Assembly: GCA_964035545.1 (NCBI GenBank)
Contig: OZ037769.1
Coordinates: forward strand, 15,840,633-15,904,632
Source: Bugula neritina
Taxonomy: Eukaryota; Animalia; Bryozoa
DNA: 64,000 nucleotides
Direction: 5' to 3'
How positions within the stretch are numbered: the first letter of the stretch is position 1; every line of letters starts with the position of its first letter. The notes below the pieces were generated by a model. It was not told where the DNA came from. It saw nothing but the letters and a program-made list of their open reading frames with translations, and did not search any database. Shown here in pieces: positions 15,101-30,100 of this stretch. Position numbers and translations under genes: made by a program.

Positions 15101-18100
15101 AACCAGATGCTTGGAATAGAATTGCCGGATTTGATTGGCTGCTAAGCTAACATGTGGCTGTTTAAAGTTGCCGATATTCATCTGATGTGACGAAACTTTC
15201 TTGAATCACTTCTTCTTTTGCCATTCAGCCAATCAGCTTTTAGATTGACACACCAGTGCCGTTAGTAGTTCCCGTGACATCACTTCTGTCTTCTGCAGGT
15301 ATTCAAGGTCAAGGCTCCTCAATATTTCAACGACTATCACCTGATTCGCTCGTTGGTCTACAAGCCGACGTACAGCCACTTCTCCCGGGTTGAGAGACTC
15401 ACTTGTGTGTTTGTAGGACTTCTGGCTCACATGGCACTCTGTACGGCCTACTACTACGTGGAGGTGGAGGTGGGTGGATCCGGTGCTGTTAGTACTAGTA
15501 CTAATACTACTAGTAGTATTAGTATTAGTACTACTACTAGTACTAGTAGTAGTACTACTACTAGTAGTATTAGTACTAGTACTAATACTACTACTAGTAG
15601 TAGTAGTATTAGTACTACTAGTAGTAGTACTAATACTACTAGTAGTAGTATTAGTACTACTAATAGTAGTACTAATATTACTACTACTAGTAGTATTAGT
15701 ACTAGTACTAATACTACTAGTAGTACTACTTGAATATTTACTGTATGTCAGTTACTGAGTGGTAGTTGAATGAGACTCAGTTGGGAAGATATTTCAGCAC
15801 CCAGTGTGAGAATCTTCCACGCCCTTCTCTTTAACTAGCAGTAACTGCGTATCATGATACAGTGACTTGTATTGTTAGCTTGTACACAACGCGTTAGGCA
15901 TAGGGGTTAGCTTCACCACCATATACTTGTACCATATACTTACCACTAATGTATACTTACCACTACCATATACTTACCACTAATATATACTTACCACTAC
16001 CATGTACCCTGTAGCTCAGGCACTGTGATTTAGTGAACCTGTACACACTGTATTACCTCTCTACTTTATTTCAAAGTGATATGACTTCAGTGCAGCTTTA
16101 CAAGCTTTGGAGTTGTGTTATCAACATGCAAATTATTTTTATACTCTATACTAATGTTACAGTATATACCCTACTATACTCTCTACTGATGCTACAGTAT
16201 ATACCCTACTATACTCTATACTGATGTTACAGTATATACCCTACTATACTCTATACTGGTGTTACAGTATATACCCTACTATACTCTATACTAATGTTAC
16301 AGTATATACCCTACTATACTCTATACTGATGTTACAGTATATACCCTACTATACTCTATACTGATACTACAGTATATACCCTACTATACTCTATACTGGT
16401 GTTACAGTATATACCCTACTGTACTCTATACTGATGTTACAGGAGTATAGAGGGCAGTACAACCTGTTTGATTTGTCATCCAACACTGTTGTCGTCTCAT
16501 TGGCTGTCAATGCAATGGCCTGTCCACTCATGTTGGCTCTTTCAATGCTCTTCAGGTAACTAACCTATAATATAGTGTTTTATTGTTTTATTCTTGGTCT
16601 TCAACCAGCATGTTGAAATAATAATATATTAATTAGTATATACAATTCTATTCAGGAGTTCGTTTTAATGGGGGAATAACTCCATATTACAAGTGCAATG
16701 GCACCAAAATATTTTTATTGGTAATTTAATATTATCTAATAATAATAATAATGTAGAGCTCCGTGATAGTTTAAGATTTCTTACTCAAGTTAGTTTCTGG
16801 TGTAGCCTATAGTGCTGAATGTTTTAGACGAAGCAGTATTGGGGGCCGGTCAGCTTCCAGGTCTAAATACAGTAAGAAAGGTGTACTAGGTCCTAAGGCT
16901 TGTGAGAGTGGTTTGGAGGGGGTTGATATAAATGGTGAGCCCCCCGCACCGGGCTCTCATTCCTTCCTGGAGCAGAGTATACTGCACTGGCAGTCCCTGC
17001 AGCAGTGGGCGCAGAAGCAGTGGGAGAAGAGATACCAGAAGGCCATGTTGGCCGGAGAGGAAATGAACTCGGTGGAGGCGCAGGTGCAGGAGCAGGTACG
17101 TTCGCTTGTCACCACGGCAACACTGATGTGTACGTGTAGAGGGAAATGTGGGAGTTGTTTTCTATTGATCCATGCTGAAGCTCTCAGAAGTATTATACAA
17201 GTTGTTAGGTTTTTGTTAGTTGGAATAGTTTGAATAGATTGGTGGATGAGAACTGTGTGGAATATTCCGGCACTCTCCTGATTGTAGGTGCTGACTATGA
17301 ACAGCACACAGACTGGAGGGCTGCTCGGGGGTCACGTAGGTCAGCACAGGGTCAGCTCGCAGAGTGACGTGAAACACTTGCTAACTCACAGTGATACTGA
17401 CAGTACTACTACTAGTAGTCAGGGTGAGTGACTGACAGTACTACTAATAGTAGTCAGGGTGAGTGGCATACAGTACTACTACCAGTAGTCAGGGTGAGTG
17501 ACATACAGTACTACTACTAGTAGTCAGGGTGAGTGATACTGACAGTACTACTACTAGTAGTCAGGGTGAGTGGCATACAGTACTACTAGTAGTCAGGGTG
17601 AGTGACACTAACAGTACTACTACTAGTAGTCAGGGTGAGTGACATACAGTACTACTACTAGTAGTCAGGGTGAGTGATACTGACAGTACTACTACTAGTA
17701 GTCAGGGTGAGTGACACTAACAGTACTACTACTAGTAGTCAGGGTGAGTGACATACAGTACTACTACTAGTAGTCAGGGTGAGTGACACTGACAGTACTA
17801 CTACTAGTAGTCAGGGTGAGTGACAGTACTACTACTAGTAGTCAGGGTGAGTGATACTGACAGTACTACTACTAGTAGTCAGGGTGAGTGACATTGACAG
17901 TACTACTACTAGTAGTCGGGGTGAGTGACACTGACTACTACTAGTAGTCAGGGTGAGTGACACTGACAGTACTACTACTAGTAGTCAGGGTGAGTGACAT
18001 ACAGTACTACTACCAGTATTGAGAGTGAGTGACATACAGTACTACTACTAGTAGTCAGGGTGAGTGACATACAGTACTACTACTAGTATTGAGAGTAAGT

Positions 18101-21100
18101 GACATACAGTACTACTACTAGTATTGAGAGTGAGTGACATACAGTACTACTACTAGTAGTCAGGGTGACTGACAGTACTACTATTAGTAGTCAGGGTGAC
18201 TGATACTGACAGTACTACTACTAGTAGTCAGAGTGAGTGACACTGACAGTACCACTACTAGTAGTCAGGGTGAGTTACACTGACAGTACTACTACTAGTA
18301 TTGAGAGTTATGTTATCCTTTGAAGGTACGTCATCAGTCCACTCCTTCGTCGTGTCACGCAAGTGGGTCCTGCCGCCCTGGTTCAGATTTGTAGCCTGGT
18401 TCCTCTCCTTTGCCTGCGCCAGCTCATGCGGCTACTGCACCGTCCACTACAGCTACCAGTTCCAGGAGGGCCGCTTTGTCCTCTGGCTACAGTCCATCTT
18501 TGTGACTTTCCTCTTCTGTAACTTCCTGATTCAGCCGTTCGGCATACTGATGAAAGCAGTGGGTACAGCCATAGTCTTCCGGAAAGATCCCACGGTAAGC
18601 GTTTGACCTTGACTCTTTGAGTTTATTCACTGCCACACTCTGTAGTGTAGTTATACAGAAGTGTTTCTACCTGCGCAGGTGCTGCAGCACTTCCCCGACA
18701 GATACGAGGAGGACATCGAAGAGATCAGACTCAGATCTGCTTTCCTCTCTGACGAGGATGAGATAACTCGGGGAACTCGGGCTAGACAGCGGTCCCGGTA
18801 CCTGCGGTTCGCTCGACCTCCTCAGGAGAAGCAGCTGATAGCGGCGCGGAAGAGGACTATGAAGGAGAGGAAGTTGAGTAGACTCGGGGCGGAGTGTGCC
18901 GTGCTGACTCTTCTGCTCACTCTCGTCCTCATCATCGTCTTCTGTAAGCTCCACTTCCTGTCTTCTGTAAGAAAGTAATGTGAAATAGTTTAAACATGGC
19001 TGTAACTCAACTTTCCTCAGTGACAATCTGTGTTTGTCTGCGTAGTCAATTTGTAAAATATTATCAGGTATTTTATGAGGATATTTTGAAGTGAAATTTT
19101 ACATGGAACAGTTGTTTTATCCGATAATGTCTGTGCGAGTTTAGTTTGATCAGGCTGTATCCACTCCTGGCACATAGCTAGCTGTATCCACCCCTGGCAT
19201 GTAGTGATCTGTATCCACTCCTGGCATGTAGTGATCTGTATCCACTCCTGTTTCAGGTTGTGACAGGAACTCTTCCTTCTACCTCAACACCAACATCAGA
19301 GCTCTACTCGCCACCAATGACATCACAGCCCGTCACCAGTCCTTTGTGGACATCAGCAAGCCGGAGGACATGTGGCGGTGGCTCGGCAGCGACCTGGCTG
19401 ACCTCCTTTTCACCAACCACTCTCTCAACCTCGGCGCCAGCATCATCATTGGAAACGCCAGCAGAATCAAACAGGTGACCAGTTCTTCCGCCGCAGTTGA
19501 TCTCTACAGCGGTATTCTCTCCTTTGATCTCTACAGCAATATTCTCTCCTTTGATCTCTATATTGCTGTGTGTTCATTTTAAGATATTCTATGCTCGTTC
19601 GTTTTACTGTCTGATAAACATGCCAAGCTTGCAGACGTCAAGTTATCAGACTATAGTAATTATACAGGTGGTTGTGGGATCACAACTCCCAATAATGACT
19701 CTAGAATACAGTTTAGTTGGCAGTTACTGTGAATAATCGGTGTCTCATATTCACTCGCTGGTTTGAAATGGTCTACTTGTTGTCATCATTTAAATTTCCT
19801 TAAAAATTTCTTCTAACTTCTGTAATTGGAGTTGGCTTCCCTTTCCTCACGTTTCATTCTCCATAGTGCCCTGCTCTCTCTCACGTCCATGTTCTCTCAT
19901 ATCCTAATGTTACAGGTGAGAGTGCAGAAAGAGGCCTGCGTAGCCCGAGATCGTATGCCCTCGTGGGTCATGGGAGACACCTGCTACCCTCCCTACTCGG
20001 CCTACACGAATGACAAGAAGCCTATGAGAGTGAGTAACCTCACCGTCCCGTACACCAAAGTGGCCAGTACAGCCGAGACGGTGCTACATGGCCGACTCAC
20101 TCACTACGGCGGCTCAGGTATGACACTTCCTCTTCCGGTTGGTTGCTATTGACAACACCAGATGCTATCCATTACTTACAAGTATTAGTCTTGGTATTCT
20201 GATACTACTAATTCCCTCTCATTCTGTGTGTCCCCCAGAGCCGTAGTAAGTGTCTGATAAGAATGGTGAGTTTATTATGTAACATGGTTATTTACCCTCG
20301 CTCTCTCTCTGTCTTGGCAGGATATGATATTCTACTTCCTGTGACCAAGCAGCCATTCCTCGACTACCTGGAGAAGTTGAAGGCGGCCGGGTGGGTGGAC
20401 AGACAGACGAGGGCCGTGTTCATAGAGTTCACAGTCTACAACATCCCCACCCACCTCTACTCCTCCGTGACAGCATTCTTCGAGTTCTCCCCCTCAGGGC
20501 AGGTGCTGCCGCAGCTGGAGGTCGACTCGGCTATTCTCTACAAGTAAGTAACTAGTAGAAGTAAGTAACTAGTAGAAGTAAGTTACTAGTAAAAGTAAGT
20601 AACTAGTAGAAGTAAGTTACTAGTAGAAGTAAGTTACTAGCCTCAGTTCCTATCCTACAGGTACAGATCGGATAGGGGGTATGTGGTGCTCACCTGCGAA
20701 CTGCTCTTCATATTCGTCTACCTCTGTCAGCTACACTTCCACATCGTCACCATCCTGCAGAAGAAACGGAAATACTTTACTCAGATTTGGAACATTCTGG
20801 AAACTCTGTACTTACTTTTCTCTATGGCGTACATTGTGCTGTACCTGTTCAGATATGAGGTGAGTTTATATACCATCATGCTAAATATTTAGCAACATAT
20901 TCCAATGACTAATGGACATATATATTCTTTGACTATAATGTTGTTATGTATTTCATCATATATGATACTAAGCTGTCCCATATATTATTACCATACTATT
21001 CCATATATTACGTAATATAAACTATATATAACACCATACTAGACCATATATCACCATATTATATTGTGATATAGTACCATTTTATATCATATAGTACCAT

Positions 21101-24100
21101 ATTATGTATGTCATATATTACTACATCATATCATATATTACTATATTGTATAATATGTTACTATATTATGCCATATATTACTATATTATATCATATATTA
21201 CTATATTATGTCATATATTACTATATTATGTCATATATTACTATATAATGTCATATATTACAGATTGTAGAGACGTTACACACAGAACTTACTCAGACTT
21301 TTCACTCCTCCTTCGTCAGCGTTGCTCCTCTCGTATTCTGGGATCGTCTCCTCCGCCTCGTTCTCTCCCTCCTCCTTTTCATTCTCCTCGTCAAGATCCT
21401 CAAGCTATTCCGATACGTCAAGATGTTCGCTCGCTTCGGCAACGTCTATCGGAGAGCTGCTCGTGATATCCGGGCTTTTGCTGTGCGTTATTATATAGTA
21501 TTATATCTATAGTATTATATCTATAGTATTATATCTATAGTATTATATCTATAGTATTATATCTATAGTATTATATCTCTAGTATTATATCTATAGTATT
21601 ATATCTCTAGTATTATATCTATAGTATTATATCTCTAGTATTATATCTATAGTATTATATCTATAGTATTATATCTACAGTATTATATCTCTAGTATTAT
21701 ATCTATAGTAATATATCTCTAGTATTATATCTATAGTATTATATCTATAGTAATATATCTATAGTATTATATCTACAGTATTATATCTATAGTATTATAT
21801 ATCTATAGTATTATATCTATAGTATTATATCTATAGTATTATATCTCTAGTATTATATCTCTAGTATTATATCTATAGTATTATATCTATAGTATTATAT
21901 CTATAGTATTATATCTATAGTAATATATCTATAGTATTATATCTATAGTATTATATCTCTAGTATTATATCTATAGTATTATATCTATAGTATTATATCT
22001 ATAGTATTATATCTCTAGTATTATATCTATAGTATTATATCTATAGTATTATATCTCTAGTATTATATCTATAGTATTATATCTATAGTATTATATCTAT
22101 AGTATTATATCTCTAGTATTATATCTCTAGTATTATATCTATAGTATTATATCTCTAGTATTATATCTATAGTATTATATCTATAGTATTATATCTATAG
22201 TATTATATCTCTAGTATTATATCTATAGTATTATATCTCTAGTATTATATCTATAGTATTATATCTATAGTATTATATCTATAGTATTATATCTATAGTA
22301 TTATATCTCTAGTATTATATCTATAGTATTATATCCCTATAGTATTATATCTATAGTATTATATCTCTAGTATTATATCTCTAGTAATATATCTCTAGTA
22401 TTATATCTATAGTATTATATCTATAGTATTATATCTCTAGTATTATATCTATAGTATTATATCTCTAGTATTATATCTATAGTATTATATCTATAGTATT
22501 ATATCTCTAGTATTATATCTCTAGTATTATATCTCTAGTAATATATCTCTAGTATTATATCTATAGTATTATATCTCTAGTATTATATCTCTAGTATTAT
22601 ATCTCTAGTATTATATCTCTAGTATTATATCTATAGTATTATATCTATAGTATTATATCTATAGTATTATATCTCTAGTATTATATCTCTAGTATTATAT
22701 CTCTAATAATATATCTATAGTATTATATCTACAGTATTATATCTATAGTATTATATCTATAGTATTATATCTCTAGTATTATATCTCTAATAATATATCT
22801 ATAGTATTATATCTCTAGTATTATATCTCTAGTATTATATCTCTAGTATTATATCTATAGTATTATATCTCTAGTATTATATCTATAGTATTATATCTCT
22901 AGTATTATATCTACAGTATTATATCTACAGTATTATATCTATAGTATTATATCTATAGTATTATATCTCTAGTATTATATCTCTAGTATTATATCTCTAG
23001 TATTATATCTCTAGTATTATATCTATAGTATTATATCTATAGTATTATATCTCTAGTATTATATCTACAGTATTATATCTACAGTATTATATCTCTAGTA
23101 TTATATCTATAGTATTATATCTCTAGTATTATATCTATAGTATTATATCTATAGTATTATATCTATAGTATTATATCTATAGTATTATATCTCTAGTATT
23201 ATATCTATAGTATTATATCTCTAGTATTATATCTATAGTATTATATCTATAGTATTATATCTATAGTATTATATCTCTAGTATTATATCTATAGTATTAT
23301 ATCTATAGTATTATATCTATAGTATTATATCTATAGTATTATATCTATAGTATTATATCTCTAGTATTATATCTATAGTATTATATCTCTAGTATTATAT
23401 CTATAGTATTATATCTATAGTATTATATCTATAGTATTATATCTATAGTATTATATCTATAGTATTATATCTATAGTATTATATCTCTAGTATTATATCT
23501 CTAATAATATATCTATAGTATTATATCTATAGTATTATATCTATAGTATTATATCTCTAGTATTATATCTATAGTATTATATCTCTAGTATTATATCTAC
23601 AGTATTATATCTACAGTATTATATCTCTAGTATTATATCTATAGTATTATATCTCTAGTATTATATCTACAGTATTATATCTATAGTATTATATCTATAG
23701 TATTATATCTCTAGTATTATATCTCTAGTATTATATCTCTAGTATTATATCTCTAGTATTATATCTATAGTATTATATCTATAGTATTATATCTCTAGTA
23801 TTATATCTACAGTATTATATCTACAGTATTATATCTCTAGTATTATATCTCTAGTATTATATCTGTAGTATTATATCTATAGTATTATATCTCTAGTATT
23901 ATATCTATAGTATTATATCTATAGTATTATATCTATAGTATTATATCTATAGTATTATATCTCTAGTATTATATCTATAGTATTATATCTCTAGTATTAT
24001 ATCTATAGTATTATATCTCTAGTATTATATCTCTAGTATTATATCTATAGTATTATATCTATAGTATTATATCTCTAGTATTATATCTCTAGTATTATAT

Positions 24101-27100
24101 CTCTAGTATTATATCTCTAGTATTATATCTATAGTATTATATCTCTAGTATTATATCTATAGTATTATATCTCTAGTATTATATCTATAGTATTATATCT
24201 ATAGTATTATATCTATAGTATTATATCTCTAGTATTATATCTATAGTATTATATCTATAGTATTATATCTATAGTATTATATCTCTAGTATTATATCTAT
24301 AGTATTATATCTCTAGTATTATATCTCTAGTATTATATCTCTAGTATTATATGTATAGTATTATATCTACAGTATTATATCTATAGTATTATATCTATAG
24401 TATTATATCTATAGTATTATATCTATAGTATTATATCTCTAGTATTATATCTCTAGTATTATATCTCTAGTATTATATCTATAGTATTATATCTCTAGTA
24501 TTATATCTATAGTATTATATCTATAGTATTATATCTCTAGTATTATATCTATAGTATTATATCTATAGTATTATATCTATAGTATTATATCTCTAGTATT
24601 ATATCTATAGTATTATATCTCTAGTATTATATCTCTAGTATTATATCTCTAGTATTATATGTATAGTATTATATCTACAGTATTATATCTATAGTATTAT
24701 ATCTATAGTATTATATCTATAGTATTATATCTATAGTATTATATCTCTAGTATTATATCTCTAGTATTATATCTATAGTATTATATCTATAGTATTATAT
24801 CTCTAGTATTATATCTATAGTATTATATCTCTAGTATTATATCTATAGTATTATATCTATAGTATTATATCTACAGTATTATATCTCTAGTATTATATCT
24901 CTAGTATTATATCTATAGTATTATATCTCTAGTATTATATCTCTAGTATTATATCTCTAGTATTATATCTCTAGTATTATATCTCTAGTATTATATCTCT
25001 AGTATTATATCTATAGTATTATATCTCTAGTATTATATCTCTAGTATTGTATCTATAGTATTATATCTATAGTATTATATCTATAGTATTATATCTATAG
25101 TATTATATCTATAGTATTATATCTCTAGTATTATATCTATAGTATTATATCTCTAGTATTATATCTATAGTAATATATCTCTAGTATTATATCTCTAGTA
25201 TTATATCTCTAGTATTATATCTCTAGTATTATATCTCTAGTATTGTATCTATAGTATTATATCTATAGTATTATATCTATAGTATTATATCTATAGTATT
25301 ATATCTCTAGTATTATATCTCTAGTATTATATCTATAGTATTATATCTACAGTATTATATCTCTAGTATTATATCTATAGTATTATATCTCTAGTATTAT
25401 ATCTCTAGTATTATATCTCTAGTAATATATCTCTAGTATTATATCTATAGTATTATATCTATAGTATTATATCTATAGTATTATATCTCTAGTATTATAT
25501 CTATAGTATTATATCTCTAGTATTATATCTCTAGTATTGTATCTCTAGTATTATATCTATAGTATTATATCTATAGTATTATATCTATAGTATTATATCT
25601 CTAGTATTATATCTCTAGTATTATATCTATAGTATTATATCTCTAGTATTATATCTATAGTATTATATCTATAGTATTATATATCTATAGTATTATATCC
25701 CTATAGTATTATATCTACAGTATTATATCTACAGTATTATATCTCTAGTATTATATCTATAGTATTATATCTATAGTATTATATCTATAGTATTATATCT
25801 CTAGTATTATATCTATAGTATTATATCTCTAGTATTATATCTATAGTATTATATCTCTAGTATTATATCTATAGTTTTATATCTATAGTATTATATCTCT
25901 AGTATTATATCTCTAGTATTATATCTCTAGTATTATATCTATAGTATTATATCTATAGTATTATATCTATAGTATTATATCTATAGTATTATATCTCTAG
26001 TATTATATCTATAGTAATATATCTCTAGTATTATATCTATAGTATTATATCTATAGTATTATATCTATAGTATTATATCTCTAGTATTATATCTATAGTA
26101 TTATATCTCTAGTATTATATATCTATAGTAATATATCTATAGTATTATATCTCTAGTATTATATCTATAGTATTATATCTCTAGTATTATATCTATAGTA
26201 TTATATCTATAGTATTATATCTCTAGTATTATATCTCTAGTATTATATCTCTAGTATTATATCTATAGTATTATATCTATAGTATTATATCTCTAGTATT
26301 ATATCTCTAGTATTATATCTATAGTATTATATCTCTAGTATTATATCTATAGTATTATATCTATAGTATTATATCTCTAGTATTATATCTATAGTATTAT
26401 ATCTATAGTATTATATCTCTAGTATTATATCTACAGTATTATATCTCTAGTATTATATCTATAGTATTATATCTATAGTATTATATCTCTAGTATTATAT
26501 CTATAGTATTATATCTCTAGTATTATATCTATAGTATTATATCTCTAGTATTATATCTCTAGTATTATATCTCTAGTATTATATCTATAGTATTATATCT
26601 ATAGTATTATATCTACAGTATTATATCTATAGTATTATATCTCTAGTATTATATCTATAGTATTATATCTATAGTAATATATCTCTAGTATTATATCTAT
26701 AGTATTATATCTATAGTATTATATCTATAGTATTATATCTCTAGTATTATATCTATAGTATTATATCTCTAGTATTATATCTATAGTATTATATCTATAG
26801 TATTATATCTCTAGTATTATATCTATAGTATTATATCTCTAGTATTATATCTATAGTATTATATCTATAGTATTATATCTATAGTATTATATCTCTAGTA
26901 TTATATCTATAGTAATATATCTCTAGTATTATATCTCTAGTATTATATCTATAGTATTATATCTATAGTATTATATCTACAGTATTATATCTCTAGTATT
27001 ATATCTCTAGTATTATATCTATAGTAATATATCTCTAGTATTATATCTCTAGTATTATATCTATAGTATTATATCTCTAGTATTATATCTATAGTATTAT

Positions 27101-30100
27101 ATCTATAGTATTATATCTATAGTATTATATCTCTAGTATTATATCTCTAGTATTATATCTCTAGTATTATATCTATAGTAATATATCTATAGTATTATAT
27201 CTCTAGTATTATATCTATAGTATTATATCTATAGTATTATATCTCTAGTATTATATCTATAGTATTATATCTATAGTATTATATCTATAGTATTATATCT
27301 ATAGTATTATATCTCTAGTATTATATCTATAGTATTATATCTCTAGTATTATATCTATAGTATTATATCTATAGTATTATATCTATAGTATTATATCTCT
27401 AGTATTATATCTATAGTATTATATCTATAGTATTATATCTCTAGTATTATATCTATAGTATTATATCTATAGTATTATATCTATAGTATTATATCTCTAG
27501 TATTATATCTCTAGTATTATATCTATAGTATTATATCTCTAGTATTATATCTATAGTAATATATCTATAGTATTATATCTATAGTATTATATCTATAGTA
27601 TTATATCTCTAGTATTATATCTATAGTATTATATCTCTAGTATTATATATCTATAGTATTATATCTCTAGTATTATATCTCTAGTATTATATCTATAGTA
27701 TTATATCTATAGTATTATATCTATAGTATTATATCTCTAGTATTATATCTATAGTATTATATCTCTAGTATTATATCTCTAGTATTATATCTCTAGTATT
27801 ATATCTATAGTATTATATCTCTAGTATTATATCTATAGTATTATATCTCTAGTATTATATCTACAGTATTATATCTCTAGTATTATATCTCTAGTATTAT
27901 ATCTATAGTAATATATCTATAGTATTATATCTATAGTATTATATCTATAGTATTATATCTCTAGTATTATATCTCTAGTATTATATCTCTAGTAATATAT
28001 CTATAGTATTATATCTCTAGTATTATATCTCTAGTATTATATCTATAGTATTATATCTATAGTATTATATCTACAGTATTATATCTCTAGTATTATATCT
28101 ATAGTAATATATCTATAGTATTATATCTATAGTATTATATCTATAGTATTATATCTATAGTATTATATCTATAGTATTATATCTCTAGTATTATATCTCT
28201 AGTATTGTATCTATAGTATTATATCTATAGTAATATATCTATAGTATTATATCTATAGTATTATATCTATAGTATTATATATCTATAGTATTATATCTAT
28301 AGTATTATATCTATAGTAATATATCTATAGTATTATATCTCTAGTATTATATCTCTAGTATTATATCTCTAGTATTATATCTCTAGTATCTCTCTCTGCA
28401 GGTATTTTTCTTCCTCCTTACTCTCATGTACACCAACGTCGGAGTTGCCCTCTTCCAGTCCGTCTCCCTCCCGTTCAGCGACTACTGGCGAGGCATGATG
28501 ACGGTGACGGCAGCTCTCACCGGCTCCGCTAGCTTTGCCGACTTCAAGGATACGATGCCGTATCTGGGCGGAGTTTATCTGGTTGCCGTGACGTGCACAG
28601 CTGGAGGCGTTCTGTATGCGCTGGTAAGTGTCGTACTTTGTAATACGAGGGCTGAGATGGTCTGTGTGTAGCGTACTGTACAGTGTCGGGTGTCTCTACT
28701 CGTAGATGGCCTCTATTCTCTCCTTCCACCTGCGAGACTTCAGACAGGATCCTATACTGGCCATGGACATCAAGGAGGCGCTCTGCTTCCTCTTCCACAA
28801 GTCAATCTGCGGCTCTAAGGCTAATAAGGAGAAAGAAGAAGACGATTCCAGCAGTCAAGATCTCTCGCCGGTATGTAGTGTTGTGTGGCGGGGAGTTTGT
28901 CACTGTAGGGTAACAGCAACAGAAAATGTGCATCACATGACCAGGAATAGTCTCAGATATAAACCTTAGAGCGGGGCTGTCCAACAGGCGGCCTCAGGGC
29001 TAGATGGGGCCCTCAGTCTACATTTATGTGGCCCTTGAAAGCATAACAAATCAAATTATTTGCATACATATACGGATTACAGTGGACAAAGCACCTTTTT
29101 AATGCCTTATTTATATGCATACAATAAAACATGCAGCCTGCAGTAGTTATTAGGACTTTATTGTGTAATGATTCATAAGAATTCGGAATAAAGTTATTTG
29201 AAAAACACTGATGCTGTGGCCCCAACCCAAGCTGAAGTTTACAGTATTCCCTTTCAGTGGCCCTCGGTCTAATTGAAAGGTTAAGGATACAAATAGCCAG
29301 CAGTTTTCTTGTTACATACTGCATACAACTAAGTAATCAGCTCAGAGTAGTAGTGCGACCTTTAGCTGACCTCTGCTACGTGGTGTCTGTTTGGTAGGAG
29401 TTTGCCCTGGCTGAGATGGAGTACCAGGTGGAGGAGCTGCTCTTCAAGATGTCCGCCCTGTGCGACGGAGCCTCCCCCCGCCACAAGCCGGGACTCTACT
29501 ACACTCCTGCCGAGTCGGACAACACCGGGGGAGTGGTGTCGGAGGAGGGGGACAGTGGTGGAGTGAGCATGGCGCTGGCAGGGGTTACCGACAAGATTGA
29601 AGATGTCAACTCCCTGAGTAGACTGCTTCACCTCCAGGGGATCGGCAGCGGCATTAGTGACGCACACACCTACAACAGGTAGACTGGCAGCGTGACCTTA
29701 GTGACCTTAGTTGGTATAATTATACTAGTATATCATTGCACCACTCTTACCCTGTTGCGTTGTGTGTAGGTCGCAGCTAGAAATGGACGTACTCCGGCAG
29801 CTACAATTATCACACGGCAGGGATATGGGTATCGGCGTGTGGGACAATCTAAGAAGTGTTCGGGTGGAGAGACCTCTCTCTGGTGACCTCAACTGTAGTG
29901 GTACGTGCTGTGTGTAGTATGTACAGTGTACTGTGTAGTATATACAGTGTACTGTGTAGTGTGTACAGTGTACTGTGTAGTATATACAGTGTACTGTGTA
30001 GTATATACAGTGTACTGTGTAGTATGTACAGTGTAGTGTGTAGTGTGTACAGTATACTGTGTGTAGTATGTACAGTGTAGTGTGTAGTATATACAGTGTA

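Noticed and set aside
15470-15758. Ser/Thr mucin-like or poly-Val/Leu TM extension
   Set aside because: It lies after the GAG|GTGGGT donor and is an intronic trinucleotide repeat.
21489-28389. Satellite and minisatellites as a CRISPR-like array or coded information store
   Set aside because: Units are head-to-tail with no unique spacers, there are no cas genes, and the context is a eukaryotic intron. Variation is single-base and explained by block duplication.
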